Positions 1-11,458 of a DNA stretch of 64,000 nucleotides are shown one piece after another. Position 1 is the first letter of the stretch; every line of letters begins with the position of its first letter. Both the position numbers and the translations under genes were made by a program. The notes under the pieces were generated by a model. It saw nothing but the letters and a program-made list of their open reading frames with translations, ran no database searches and was not told the DNA's origin. The stretch comes from Camelus ferus (Eukaryota), in assembly GCF_009834535.1 (NCBI RefSeq), contig NC_045697.1, forward strand, positions 41,914,001 to 41,978,000, read 5' to 3'.

Positions 1-591
1 CTGTCAGCTGCCAAGGCTTTAGGAGCAGAAGCTAAATCCTTGCATTCACAACATATGTTTTCTGAATGAAAAGGGGGCAGACTAAATAATCATAGAGAGG
101 TGAGCTCACAATTTCATCTTCCATCTCAGTTCTCCATGCTGACTCAGAGCTCTCCAGTGAGCTGTAAATTAGATTTCCTCTCCTGTCTTGTGTCCTACTG
201 CTTCCCAATTACCTGTTCTCATGAGTCAGCCTCTCTGGGTCCTGGGGCTCAGACACATTGTGGGATAATGTGACTAGCTCAACACACTTTGGTCCAGTCA
301 TATCAGAAAGGTGGCTGTGTGATGGCAGGCAAAAAGGGTGACTCTTTGCTTGGAAGAAAATGATTTTTCCCAAGCATCACAGCAGCTGTCCCCTTAGGAC
401 ACCCTGGGAGAGGAAATTTCTTGCCTGAACACTGCTGCACTGGGCAGGAAATAACATAATTTAAAATTATTTTTGAAAAAAGTACCCTTTTATTATGGAC
501 TGACCAAATATTAATCTAGGTACATAAGTGCTATTTATTTAGTCAATAAGTCAAAGTTACAAATAATTTTTTCTTAAGTTTCACTCACTCA

Positions 592-707
592 TTTTTTAAT
601 TGAAGTTTGTAGTCAGTTTACAATGTGTCAATTGCTGGTGCACAGCATAATGTCTCAGTTATACATATACGTATATATATTCATTTTCATGTTCTTTTTC
701 ATTATAG
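592..707 (-). mobile_element. Short young L1 3'-end fragment
   Basis: T-tract followed by aattgaagt..agtcagtttacaatgtgtcaatt.ctggtg.acagc. Highly similar to the copies at 4296+, 49671+ and (inverted) 3524-3657. Confidence 0.85.
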
Positions 708-1279
708 TCCTGAATGAGAAAAATTTGCAACGGGGGATACTCTGCCCAGCAAGACTATCCCTTACAATAGAAAGAGAGAGAAAGTTTTAGTCTGCTTCAT
801 AGACAAGCAAAAAGTAAAAGAATTCAGCAATGCTGAACCTATCATAAAAAAATATTGAAAGGTCTACTCTAAATAAATACAGATATTTTTGGTTGCCTTC
901 TGTAGACAAGCTCTTGTGCTAGGTCATGAGGTCTGTATAATTATTCCTTGTTATATCATGGGATGATAATATTTCTTTATTCAGAATACAAAATTCCCCA
1001 GGAAAATAAGGTAAAAGTTTCTTCTTTCCTCCCCTCCTTCCTCCTCTCTTTCCTTCTTCCTTTCCTCAATTTTTTGAAGCCCATATTGATTGAGTCCATA
1101 TAATGTACAATGTTTGAGTAAAAGGAAAATGCAAAATCCAAATTAAGAAGCTTACCCTTTGGAGGTGGGAAAACTCTACAGACTATTGGGGAACTCAGCA
1201 CAGAATTACAGGAGGGCACACTAGAGCAGTATGGAATCGAGAAGGGAAGTGACCAAAGAAGGAGGTGAAACCAAGGCAC

Positions 1280-1660
1280 ATTTTTTAAAACAGGTGACGG
1301 AGAGGACTAACATTCCAGGCAGGAGAAAGGCCACACTTGCGTCACTGCAAGTAGTTCCATAGAGCTGGAATGTAGAATGAGCAACATAGACTGATAGATA
1401 AAATATGCAGAAAGAAATACAGGCAAAAGCCAGCTCAGGATTTTTTTTTTTTTTTCCTGAAGGCAATGCATAGCTACTGAAGGGTTTTAAATAGGGGATA
1501 TTTTGTTTTCAGAACTCTAAGTGGAGAAAGAGTTTAAGAACAAGTGCTCTAAAGGACTGCTTAAGAGGATGTTTCTTCATCCAGGTAAGATATTGTGATG
1601 GTAAGAAATTAGGCAGTAAGGACAGAGAGACAGAGAAGGCCTCAAAGGATATTTAAAATT
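1280..1660 (-). mobile_element. L2 LINE fragment
   Basis: Degenerate L2 antisense motifs (cattccaggcagg, ctactgaagggttttaaatagggg, tccaggtaagatattgtgatgg). Confidence 0.6.
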
Positions 1661-2459
1661 TCCCACAGGTAGGAAGATGTAGGAAAGGCAAACTTATTCC
1701 CAGAATCTCCATAAAATTATTACAGAAAAATGTATCAGTATTAGAATTGCATGAAAGTGTGGTAAATCCTCATTACATAAAAGATATTTTTCGTAATAAG
1801 TTCTCTCCATTTACAGAATAGGAAGCCGAGGCATGAAGCCTGAATGAGTGACAGCAGAATTTGAACCCATGTCCATGTGACTACAAAGCCCTTATTCTTT
1901 ACATTAAATTGCCCATTTCAGGAGATCATAAATCTTGGACACCTTTTTCAACTTGGGTGACTAGGCTTGAAGAGACTGGAATAGAATTTGACAGGCTCTT
2001 CAGAGATTCCTTAGGCGGGACTGTTTTAGGTTTTTCTAGGCATGAGCGCATTCGGATTTGGGATCAACACACAAACGATTGTGTTTGTATTGTTTCTATG
2101 GAACTATGTGTTTGGCTCCCTGCAAAGTGCAAATCCTTCTTCAAATTCCTCCTGATAATCTAATCATTTTAAGCCTGGAAGATTTATTCACACTCTGTAC
2201 AAGGACAGCCAGTTGAAACCAAAATGAAAGTGGACTTGGCAGATACCCTAATTCAATCAAGTCAAATATTGAGTTTTGAGTAGAATGGAGTTTGAAAGAC
2301 AAATCAGTTTCAATGAGTCTTGGAAGGCAAGAGGCAAAATTTTTAAGACATTGAAAACTGAAAGGGGCAGACATAGCTTAAACAGGAAAAAATGTTGAAA
2401 TTTGCCTTCAAGTTGGAGCAGGAAAATTCCTTCCCTAGCATATTTTACATCATTGTGGG

Positions 2460-2591
2460 CAGGGTAACCATATACTTCACTGCCCAAAACGTGACTCTCT
2501 GAGAATAAAAGGAGGTCCTATTATTAATTACAGTGGGGTAGCAGATAAAAACCAGGACTCTCATAGACAAACCTGGATATACACCACCCTA
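2460..2591. mobile_element. MER94-like hAT-Blackjack MITE
   Basis: About 132 bp, starting cagggtaaccatata and ending caccaccta-like (caccaccctA) TIR. Internal tgagaataaaaggaggtcctattattaattacagtggg resembles the recalled MER94 consensus. Confidence 0.7.
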
Positions 2592-3239
2592 CCTAGAGGC
2601 TGGTATGAAACCTGACTTTCAGATAATGATGGTATCAAAAATGAGGTCATAGGCTTTAGAGTCACTGGCTCCTAAAGCAAGGTGACACAAGAAGAGTGAA
2701 GAACTCTCACACAACATGGACAACGTGTTCAACACATAGATAATGACTGGATCAATGGCACCACTGGGGATATATTAATCATTTTAGTTCCATAGTTTAT
2801 TTTATTTTAAAAATGATATAGAACAATGAAAAAAGACACTTCAGTAGAAGAGAGTCACAGGTAATAGGGATACAGTGTCTACTCTCCCATCTACAGTAAT
2901 GAATTCACATAAATATTTTGGCGATAAAATCCAAAGAATAGATGGGTTTGGGTGGGTGCCCCTAGCTATTCTGATTGTTTAAAAATAAGCACAGGCTTTA
3001 TTTTTCATGCATTAACCACCAGTGAGTCAATATTAATAATCATAAAACTGAGTCAAATCTCAATCCACTCTCCTGCCCAACTCCTGAGTTTTTTTCTTAG
3101 ATGAAGCCATCCTTCCTTACCTGGCAAAGATCCTCACAAGTCTAGACAAAGGTAAGGGTGGGCACTACATGGGAAGCAAATATTCCCAGGTACAGACGGA
3201 AGATATCAGCCACAATTAATTTGGTTTTCAACATTTACC

Positions 3240-3345
3240 TGTCAGCAACTAGTTGTGTGACCTTAGACAAAACACTTTACTTCACTGGGGCTTATATAAA
3301 ATGAGAGGATTTAGTAAGATTACCTTGGAGGTTCTTTCAGATGTG
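3240..3345 (+). mobile_element. MIR/MIR3 SINE fragment
   Basis: actagttgtgtgaccttagacaaaacactttacttcactggg...taaaatgagagga core. Confidence 0.65.
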
Positions 3346-3523
3346 AAGTTCAACTATTCTCTGAGATATTTATCTCCCATATGTTTTAAATTTGTTTAAG
3401 GTTTATTTATCTATGAAGATTGGGAAGATATTTGTTGCATTATAAAGAAATTACAAGAGCCAGTTATTGAAAAACCAACTGCAATGGTAACAATGATGAT
3501 CATTTTTTAAAGATTCCCAAGGA

Positions 3524-3657
3524 ACAGGGAACTATGTTCAGTACATTGTAGTAACCTATAGTGAAAAAGAACATATATGTGTATATATATGACTGAAACA
3601 TTATGCTATACACCAGAAATTGACACACTGTAAACTGATCATACTTCAATAAAAAAA
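3524..3657 (+). mobile_element. Short young L1 3'-end fragment
   Basis: acagggaactatgttca...tacaccagaaattgacacactgtaaactga..atacttcaataaaaaaa. Reverse complement of the 592-707 and 4296+ copies. Confidence 0.85.
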
Positions 3658-4269
3658 TTTTTTTTAATTCCCCAAAATAAAAACATAGGCAGTGGGGAGG
3701 CATTTAATTTTTTAGTCTATAATAGGAGGACTATTTGGATTTTCTTATGGGAAAAGTCATCAGCTATAACATGCTGAACCACAATGTGTTTAATAATTTT
3801 TAAATATTAAGCTTCTTTGGGCTCCCAAACCCACTGAGGAGCAAGCTTCCTGAGTGTATACAGAAAAGAGACTTCTCTCAAAAGTGCAAAGTTGCTTCCT
3901 GACACTGCCGTTTTCCCTACACAGTCATAAATCCACATTTATAAGACAGAGAGTCAGTAATGAATACAAGAGGCATCTCCCTGGGCTGTAGTCTTTGACA
4001 AATTCCTAGACACACAAGCATGGTTCAGAAAATAATAAAAACAAAGTGCCCATCAGTCCTGTGCTATTGGACCTCAAGCTTCAATTCCACAAATAAAAGG
4101 AAGTCATACTTTTTTCTATATTATTTTGATTCCCTTTCAATACAGAAGTGATGTATTTCCTTATAAACTATACAAATAATAATGAAGATAAATATAATGT
4201 AAAATTTAAGGTTCCTACCATCTCAACCCTCACTAATATTCTTTTTTTAAAAAAACCTATTGGATTAAC

Positions 4270-4978
4270 TTTATTTTTTAATTTAATTAAAAACTTTTTA
4301 TTGAAGTATAGTCAGTTACAATGTGTCAATTTCTGGTGTACAGCACAATGTACCAGTCATGCATATACATACAATATTCATTTTCACATTCTTTTTCATT
4401 AAAGGTTATTACAAGATATTGAGTATAATTCCCTGTGCTATACAGAAGAAATTGGATTTTTATCTATTTTTGTATATAGTGGCTAACATTTGCAAATCTC
4501 AAACTCCCAAATTTACCCCTTCTCACCCCTTTTCCCTCAGTAACCATAAGATTGTTTACTATGTCTGTAAGTCTGTTTCTGTTTTGTAGATAAGTTCATT
4601 AGTGTCCTCTTTTTTTCTTTTTTTAGATTCCACATGAGTGATATCATATGGCATTTTTCTTTCTCCTTCTGGCTTACTTCACTTAGGATGATGATCTCTA
4701 GGTCCATCTATGTTGTTGCAAATGGCATTATTTTATTCTTTTTTATGGCTGAGCAGTCTTCCATTGTATAAGTACATCACAGCTTCTTTATCCAGTCATC
4801 TGTTGATGGACATTTAGGTTGCTTCCATGTCTTGGCTATTTTATGTAGTGTTGCTATGAACATTGGGGTACATGTGTCTTTTCAAGTTAGAATTCCCTCT
4901 GGAAATATGTCCAGGAGTGGGATTGCTGGATCATATGGTAAGTCTATTTTTAGTCTGGAGGAATCTCCATACTGTTTC
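4270..4978 (-). mobile_element. 5'-truncated young L1 (3' UTR plus end of ORF2)
   Basis: Classic L1 antisense text: ctggcttacttcacttaggatgatgatctctaggtccatc, tgttgatggacatttaggttgcttccatgtcttggctatt, ccaggagtgggattgctggatcatatggta. Confidence 0.95.
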
Positions 4979-5179
4979 AGGCTTAGCTGTACTTTGCCTG
5001 TTCCAGACTGAAATCAGTCTTTTTACCTCAATTTATCTCAATGGAGAACAGCATTTAGAAACCAAGTGCTGAACACTCATACCATTGCTCCTACGCCCTC
5101 TCACCAGACAGAGATAGGAAAAACTTTACAAATATAGAAAATATAGTATATATACATGCATATACAGAGTATATCTTTT

Positions 5180-6320
5180 ATTTTTTAATCATATATTTCA
5201 AGTTTCACAATATAATTGGATTCTCAGGCTTAAAAATACGGGAGTTTATTATACTTCCTTCCATCTCCTCTCCCACTTCTACATTTTAATTATATATAAA
5301 TATTCACAAAATAATAATAATCTTACAGCTGCTTTCTGTTCTATAACCTTATTTTGACTGGTTGTTTAGTCTTAGTCTTATAGTTGTCACTGTGAGAATT
5401 TCATCACACCTTCCCATTCTCAGATTTTTTATTTTGTTTCATTTTTGATTTCATGAAGTTCACATTTGAATCATGCATAGATAGGTAGTGTATAATGGAG
5501 AATGTGCTCCTACTGCAGCTTGCTGGATATTTTCTCATTGGTATCACTTTATTATCCTCAGAATTTCCAGCGTCTTCTGGCACAAATCGAAGGTAAGTTT
5601 GTTTTTATTTTATTTGTTTTTCCTTTTCTACGCTACTTGATTTTACCATCTGGATGCGAGCAGAATTTTTCCTTTTCCCTTGATGCTAGATAACAAGATA
5701 CGTCCAGATCTCCTGTTTTATGTCAATTAGACGGTTCCATTTAATCTGGTTTCAAGTGCTATTTTTAGTCTACTTTTCTCTATTATTATGTCTTTAAATA
5801 TTTTTCCTTTCCATTTATTGGTTTTTGCACTTCAGGGATAGCCATTATTTCCTTTTTATCAGTCATCTTATTCTAATTTCTGTCTCCCCTCTGCTTTCCC
5901 CACAATTATTTCAAGTATTTCCCTAATAGCAGTGATCTCATCTGCAGTTGTCTTTCTTTCTTGATTCTAATCTATTTGTTAGATTTATAACAGTCTTTTA
6001 AATTCTCAATTTGCTTCTTCAACTCTGAAGCATATTTTTTTTTCCTGCTGTTTCATAGCTCTGTCTTTGAGCTCACATCTATGGAATTTGTGTTTTTTTC
6101 TTTAGATGATGCATTTTCTTTTATAATGCATAGCACCGGGTATTTGTGGAGGACTTTAGATCTCTATCTTGTTTTTATCCTTAGATACGTTTTCAATCTG
6201 AATTTGACAGGGTACTCTCTGTTTTTAATTGTTTTATTTTTTAATTTTTATTATTTCTCTACAGTATACTTGCAGGTTGTCATGCCAATTCATTTCACTT
6301 TGTTCATGGTTAACATAGCA
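5180..6320 (-). mobile_element. Old, highly degraded L1M fragment
   Basis: T-rich strand bias and degenerate L1 antisense motifs. Boundaries are approximate. Confidence 0.5.
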
Positions 6321-7539
6321 GCCACATCTAAACAATCTCTCTTCTCTGAGCCTGTGAGTGTAAATCTTTTTGACACCCTCCCACCTTGTAAGAACACAGT
6401 TTATCTTTCCTTCAAAGCAAAGACATCTCTTTAGAAGTCAATAACATTTCTTCGGCTGTACCCTCAGAATATCTTACGATTTTCAAGTTTAGAGCAATTG
6501 CTTTTGTCAACAGCCACTTCTAAGGGCCAAATCATAACAAAAGTTGATAATGTAAGCATTGTAGCATTAAATATACAAACACGTACTGTATTCTTCAGTT
6601 CACACATCAGAGGATCATCTCCCAGACGAAAACAAGGATAACAGAAATTCAGTTCCTACCAAGAATGTCAGAGTTTGGGAGGAGCCTCTCTTCCTCTCTC
6701 CAATCACATCTGACGTTTGTTAACATCACCTAGAAATAAGTTACTACTGCCATGACTACAATATAACACTGGAATTTGAAGATATGTTTTCTTTTTTCTT
6801 TAATAAGTTGCCCCTCAATGGCAATCTATTTGCTGAAGAACAGATGTCATTTTTCTTCCTCTCAGGTAATCTGGGTGACTTTGTTGCTATTGAGATGCTC
6901 TGTTTGAGCCTGGGTGCTTTGGGCACACACAGATAAGCCTCTTCTCCCCCAACAGGAACAGCAGGAACTGCAGAAGTCTCATGCCATGTGATGAAGATGC
7001 CGGAGCAGTCACACGTGAATGTATGTGTCTATGTACCACGGTCCCATAACGCATACACAACAAACACCCAGAAAAATTCTAAAAAACACATAGCTACACA
7101 GAAATGGACAGTTGGAGGTTAGAGCAATCTAGAGAAATAGTTAAATTCACTTAAAATCAAAACATTAAAATACCTGCAGACTTGAGCTGGTACAGGATAA
7201 ACACACCATTTAAAACTCTTTGTTAAACATTGAAGTTGTTTGAGAAAGTTTTTGTTTGACTTTAAGAAGCAAAAAAAGGCAAGTAGACTCAGGATAGTTT
7301 GTTTTTCTCAAGTTAGAGCGAATGAACGACCTTAGTGATGTCTTGTCCAGTGGGAAGCACGAGGCATAAATGGGGAATTTTATATTTCCTCTTATTTATG
7401 TTTTCAACCTGGGAGATTTTTCTTTGTTTTTCACGTGCTATGTCTCTTTGTTCGTGGCGCCTTGGTCACGCAGGGACAAGGGCATATTCTGCCAGTAGAC
7501 ACGGGACCACGTGTGTACTTCTTAAGTCTTTAACAACGT

Positions 7540-7678
7540 ATGATCACTTGGAGGAGCTACTTAAAAAATGCAGATTCTGATTCTGGCCGGGGGAGGGGTG
7601 AAGACCTGACAATTTGATTTTCTAACAAGTTCCCAGTTGATACTGCTGGTCGGAGAGTCACATTTTGAGTGGCAAAGC
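7540..7678. mobile_element. MER5-family hAT-Charlie MITE remnant
   Basis: atcacttggaggagctacttaaaaaatgcagattct...ttttctaacaagttcccagttgatactgctggtc...cacattttgagtggcaa. Confidence 0.75.
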
Positions 7679-10600
7679 TCTGCACACTACTGATTTTAAA
7701 AGAATGGTTCTGTTTTAAGGACCTAGAGGTACTGCAGGGGCCAAGGAGCGAGGAGTTTCTTCAGTGTGTTAAACTTCACCCCAGACCTTTATGCAAGTAC
7801 AGTAAATTCCAAAATCTTTTCCCAATATTTTTATTATTCTCTCTTTCCCTACCTTTTTTTTTCTGTCTCTAATTCTCTGATTCCCAGCCTCCTGCTCCTT
7901 CTCCACTTCCTTCTTCTATATATAAAAGGGTGGCTGAATCACAATATTCAGGATTAAGAAGTGGGGACATTATTTTGATGGATTTTTCCTCCAGGGCTTT
8001 AAGTATTTTGATTTTGCATTACCATTGTTGATGTTATTTTGGGCTGAAAAGAGACCACAAAGAACAAGACATCTGACTCAATAGTAAAGTGCAGCAAATC
8101 AACATTTTTAATGTTTGCACAAACTATAATCTGTACTTCATATAAATGGAAAAAAACAAGTTCATAATTACAGAGGAAAAAGCCACCCCAAAACTAAAAC
8201 CAACCTCATGCTATTGAGTGTAAATTTATATCTGCTCTGTTCTTAACTTTTTGTCACCAAAGGACTATGCTGTATATGAGATTCCATGTTTTAAAAAAAC
8301 AGTGGCCACTAATTTTAAAAAATGTACTTTCCATTTGAAAAAGTCGGTCTCTGTCTTTGAAACCTAGAATTAGACAGATTTTCAATTTTCATGATAAACA
8401 ACCATATCCATTTTTACTACCTGTTCCCATGATCTGGTCTTCCATAGGTATTTTGCTGAAACTACAAATACATAGCAATTTTTAATGTAATTATATTTTC
8501 TTAATATAGCAGAAGCTTGCTAAGAAAAACAGTAGATGCCCATAGTTCTTTATTTAAACTACTATTGTGTTTGGAGACCTAAGAGAATGTGGAAACACTT
8601 TTACCCTTCAGAATTTTCCTATCCCTCTTCCAAAAATCTTTGTATACGTGCACCTTAGTAAACCTTTCGATTCACTTTTTCTAGCGCTTATTTGCTAACA
8701 TTAATTATTCATTCTGAATCTATAGATCACAATTACGTGCTCTGAACTTAGTCTACAAATCAATCAAACTTCATTAATTCCACTCACAAGCATGTTCTAA
8801 TATTCCACTCACTACACAACCTCATTCACACATCATAAACAGAATTATTCTCAAAGCAGTCTCACCAAATTAAGTTGAAAAGCACAGTTTTAAGCAATAG
8901 CTACTTTTCACTGACCTCTTTTTCTAGAATGTCTAGTGTATTTAACTTGAGTTGACTTTCATTTAACATTAGCTCAGGAATTAAAACTGTATGTTTGATT
9001 CCTACTTTAAGTCATTCATTAAAAGGCTAAATAAATACTCTATTTTTATTGTACGGAAGCAGATGCAGATTAAACCTTTCAAAGATAATCAGCCATTTGG
9101 GCCAAAAGGCAAAAATCTCTAGGTCTTCCCTTTGATGATGTACGCCTTTCGTGGGGTGACAATCAAGTGTACCTGGTTTGTTTAACTAGAAATACAAGAA
9201 GAAGCAGTATGAGCTTTTGAACTAAAAGTATTAACAAGGAGCAGTATAATGAGAGATTCTCAAAAATAACAGAAAAGGGGATGCACTTTGCCACACCAAA
9301 ATTGCTCCTATAAAATGCCTCCAGCCTTGTGAGCTTTCAGAAAGTGCTGTTTCACTTACATACCTTTCTATGTATTGAAACAGAAGTAAGAAAGTGTCCT
9401 TGGATTCTCCTCTCTGTTAGCTGCTGGTAAAAAACAATTACTTTGAGCGCTGGAGAAAAGGAAAGGAATGTTCCTCTTGTTTCTGTAAACAGCTCGACAC
9501 TAACAAAATCTCAGATCTTGCTTCTTAACCAATACCAAGCTCCGCAGTTAAAAGGGCTGCATCAAACCAGGGCTTCAGCTGGTTAAGGATATCAATAAAG
9601 GTTATCTCCACGCGTAATGAGAGGGTCATTGATCAAATTGTGGTGCTTCCCTCACATTATCGTTGGTTGGGAATGCATTTCATTGATTGTTTAAGTCTTC
9701 CTGCAGAGAATTTCCTCCCTTTCAGTGGACTGATTATTGCAGGGGGAACAATCCTAAAACGTTGCCCTGTAAAAGTCCTCACATTGTCGTAAATAGAAAA
9801 GTGGGCTTCTTTTGCATACCTCTTTATGATAATGCTCTAAAATAAAGTATGAGGAAGTACAAATTAAAGGAAAGCTGGAGAAAAGAAAATTTGACTTAGA
9901 GCTGTCTTGGCGGGGGGCAAAAAAACTATTAATAAATTTTTCAAGAAACCCATGGCCTTTAGCAAAGACATGTAATGCTGAATTCTATAATTAAAAAAAA
10001 AATTGTACGTCTATTTCTTAACAGACCATAAAATTTATTAGGAGAGATAGAAGATGAACATTTAGAAAAATGAAGTGTGATGTATACTCTGCTATGGAAA
10101 ATACAGAATGCTGACTTCTGGAGTTTACATGCAATGTCAATGTAAATATCAATTCTGTTTACTTCATGGAGAAGACTCTTTCTCAAGCCTGGTAAGAAGT
10201 GTAAGTTTGTGATAGCTTAGATGGTACTTTATAATAAGTACATCATAGACTTTGGAAAATCTAGAGACCGTCACACCTCCAGCAATATTTCAGGAGGGTA
10301 AAAGAGAAGTGTTTAATACACACTCTCCCTTTAAAATAAAGAAATCAATGAACAGACAGACCAAGATAAGTGACTAAGTGGTCCTGGACTCCTCCGTCTG
10401 ACACTTGCCAGCTCTGGGCCCCGCTCCTGTCTTCCCGGCTGGTTGTAGTTAGATACTGACCCCCTCACCCAGGCCTCTTCTCTGGTTCCCGCCCCTACCT
10501 CTTGTTGCTGTTAGGTGTACCCCACCCAAGGGACATCAGTTATTTCAGTGGCACTGAGATGGATCTAATGGCTTTTCTGTAAATGGCCAAACAGGTTTTA

Positions 10601-11279
10601 TCACCTGGAAAATACAAGAAACAGCTGTTTCTGCAAGTGCCCTCGGCACCTTAGTTAATCATTCTTGCAAATAATATCACAAGGGCTATAATTCTGGTTT
10701 GCTGCATTCAGTGATTGTCTTAATATAAGAAAATAATGATCTGGCCACCATAGCAGAATGTCAGTGATTTATCACAAGCCAGTGCTACGATGTGTGCTTT
10801 TTAGAGTGAAATAATTACACTTGGAATATTGACTTCCTGCAACTATCCAATACCAGAATGTAGCAATGGATATATATTCAAAATACTGACATAATGTTTG
10901 CAAGATGCAAAAGTGATATTTAAAAAAGATACTTTATTTTAGATATGAATAAGAAAATCAGTCATTTAAAAGAAGATGTAAGCTATTACACAATTAAATT
11001 TTAACCATATACTTTAAAAACATCACAGATATGCCAAGTTTTGCACCACGTCATCTTGGTTTTGGTTTTGTTTTCCTTTTTTTTTTTCAGCATTTCTGAA
11101 TTTGTTGATCTTCACAGTTAACACTCATTAAACCAATGATATAGAATAAATCTCTTTATTTTCAGCACGCAAGAATTCTTTGCATAAGTTTAACAGGAAA
11201 TTACTTCCCTCTCTTACGGTGGGCCTGCTGTTGGAGGAGCTTCTGATATAAAAAGAGGCAGGAGCGGACCTGCAAGTGT

Positions 11280-11458
11280 TGGCCAGACAGACCTGGACCA
11301 ATCCCAGCTCATTCCCTCATGGGCTCCATGACTCTGGGTATCCTATGTCTAACCCTTTGTTTCCCTTCACTTTCCTAACTTGTAAAATTGAGATAATAAT
11401 CTCACAGAATTGTCTGAAGGAATAATTCAGATAAAATACGCAAAGTAGTTAGCACCAT
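11280..11458 (+). mobile_element. MIR SINE
   Basis: ggccagacagacctgg..aatcccagctc...tgtaaaattgagataataatctcacagaattgt...aaagtagttagcac. Confidence 0.75.
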
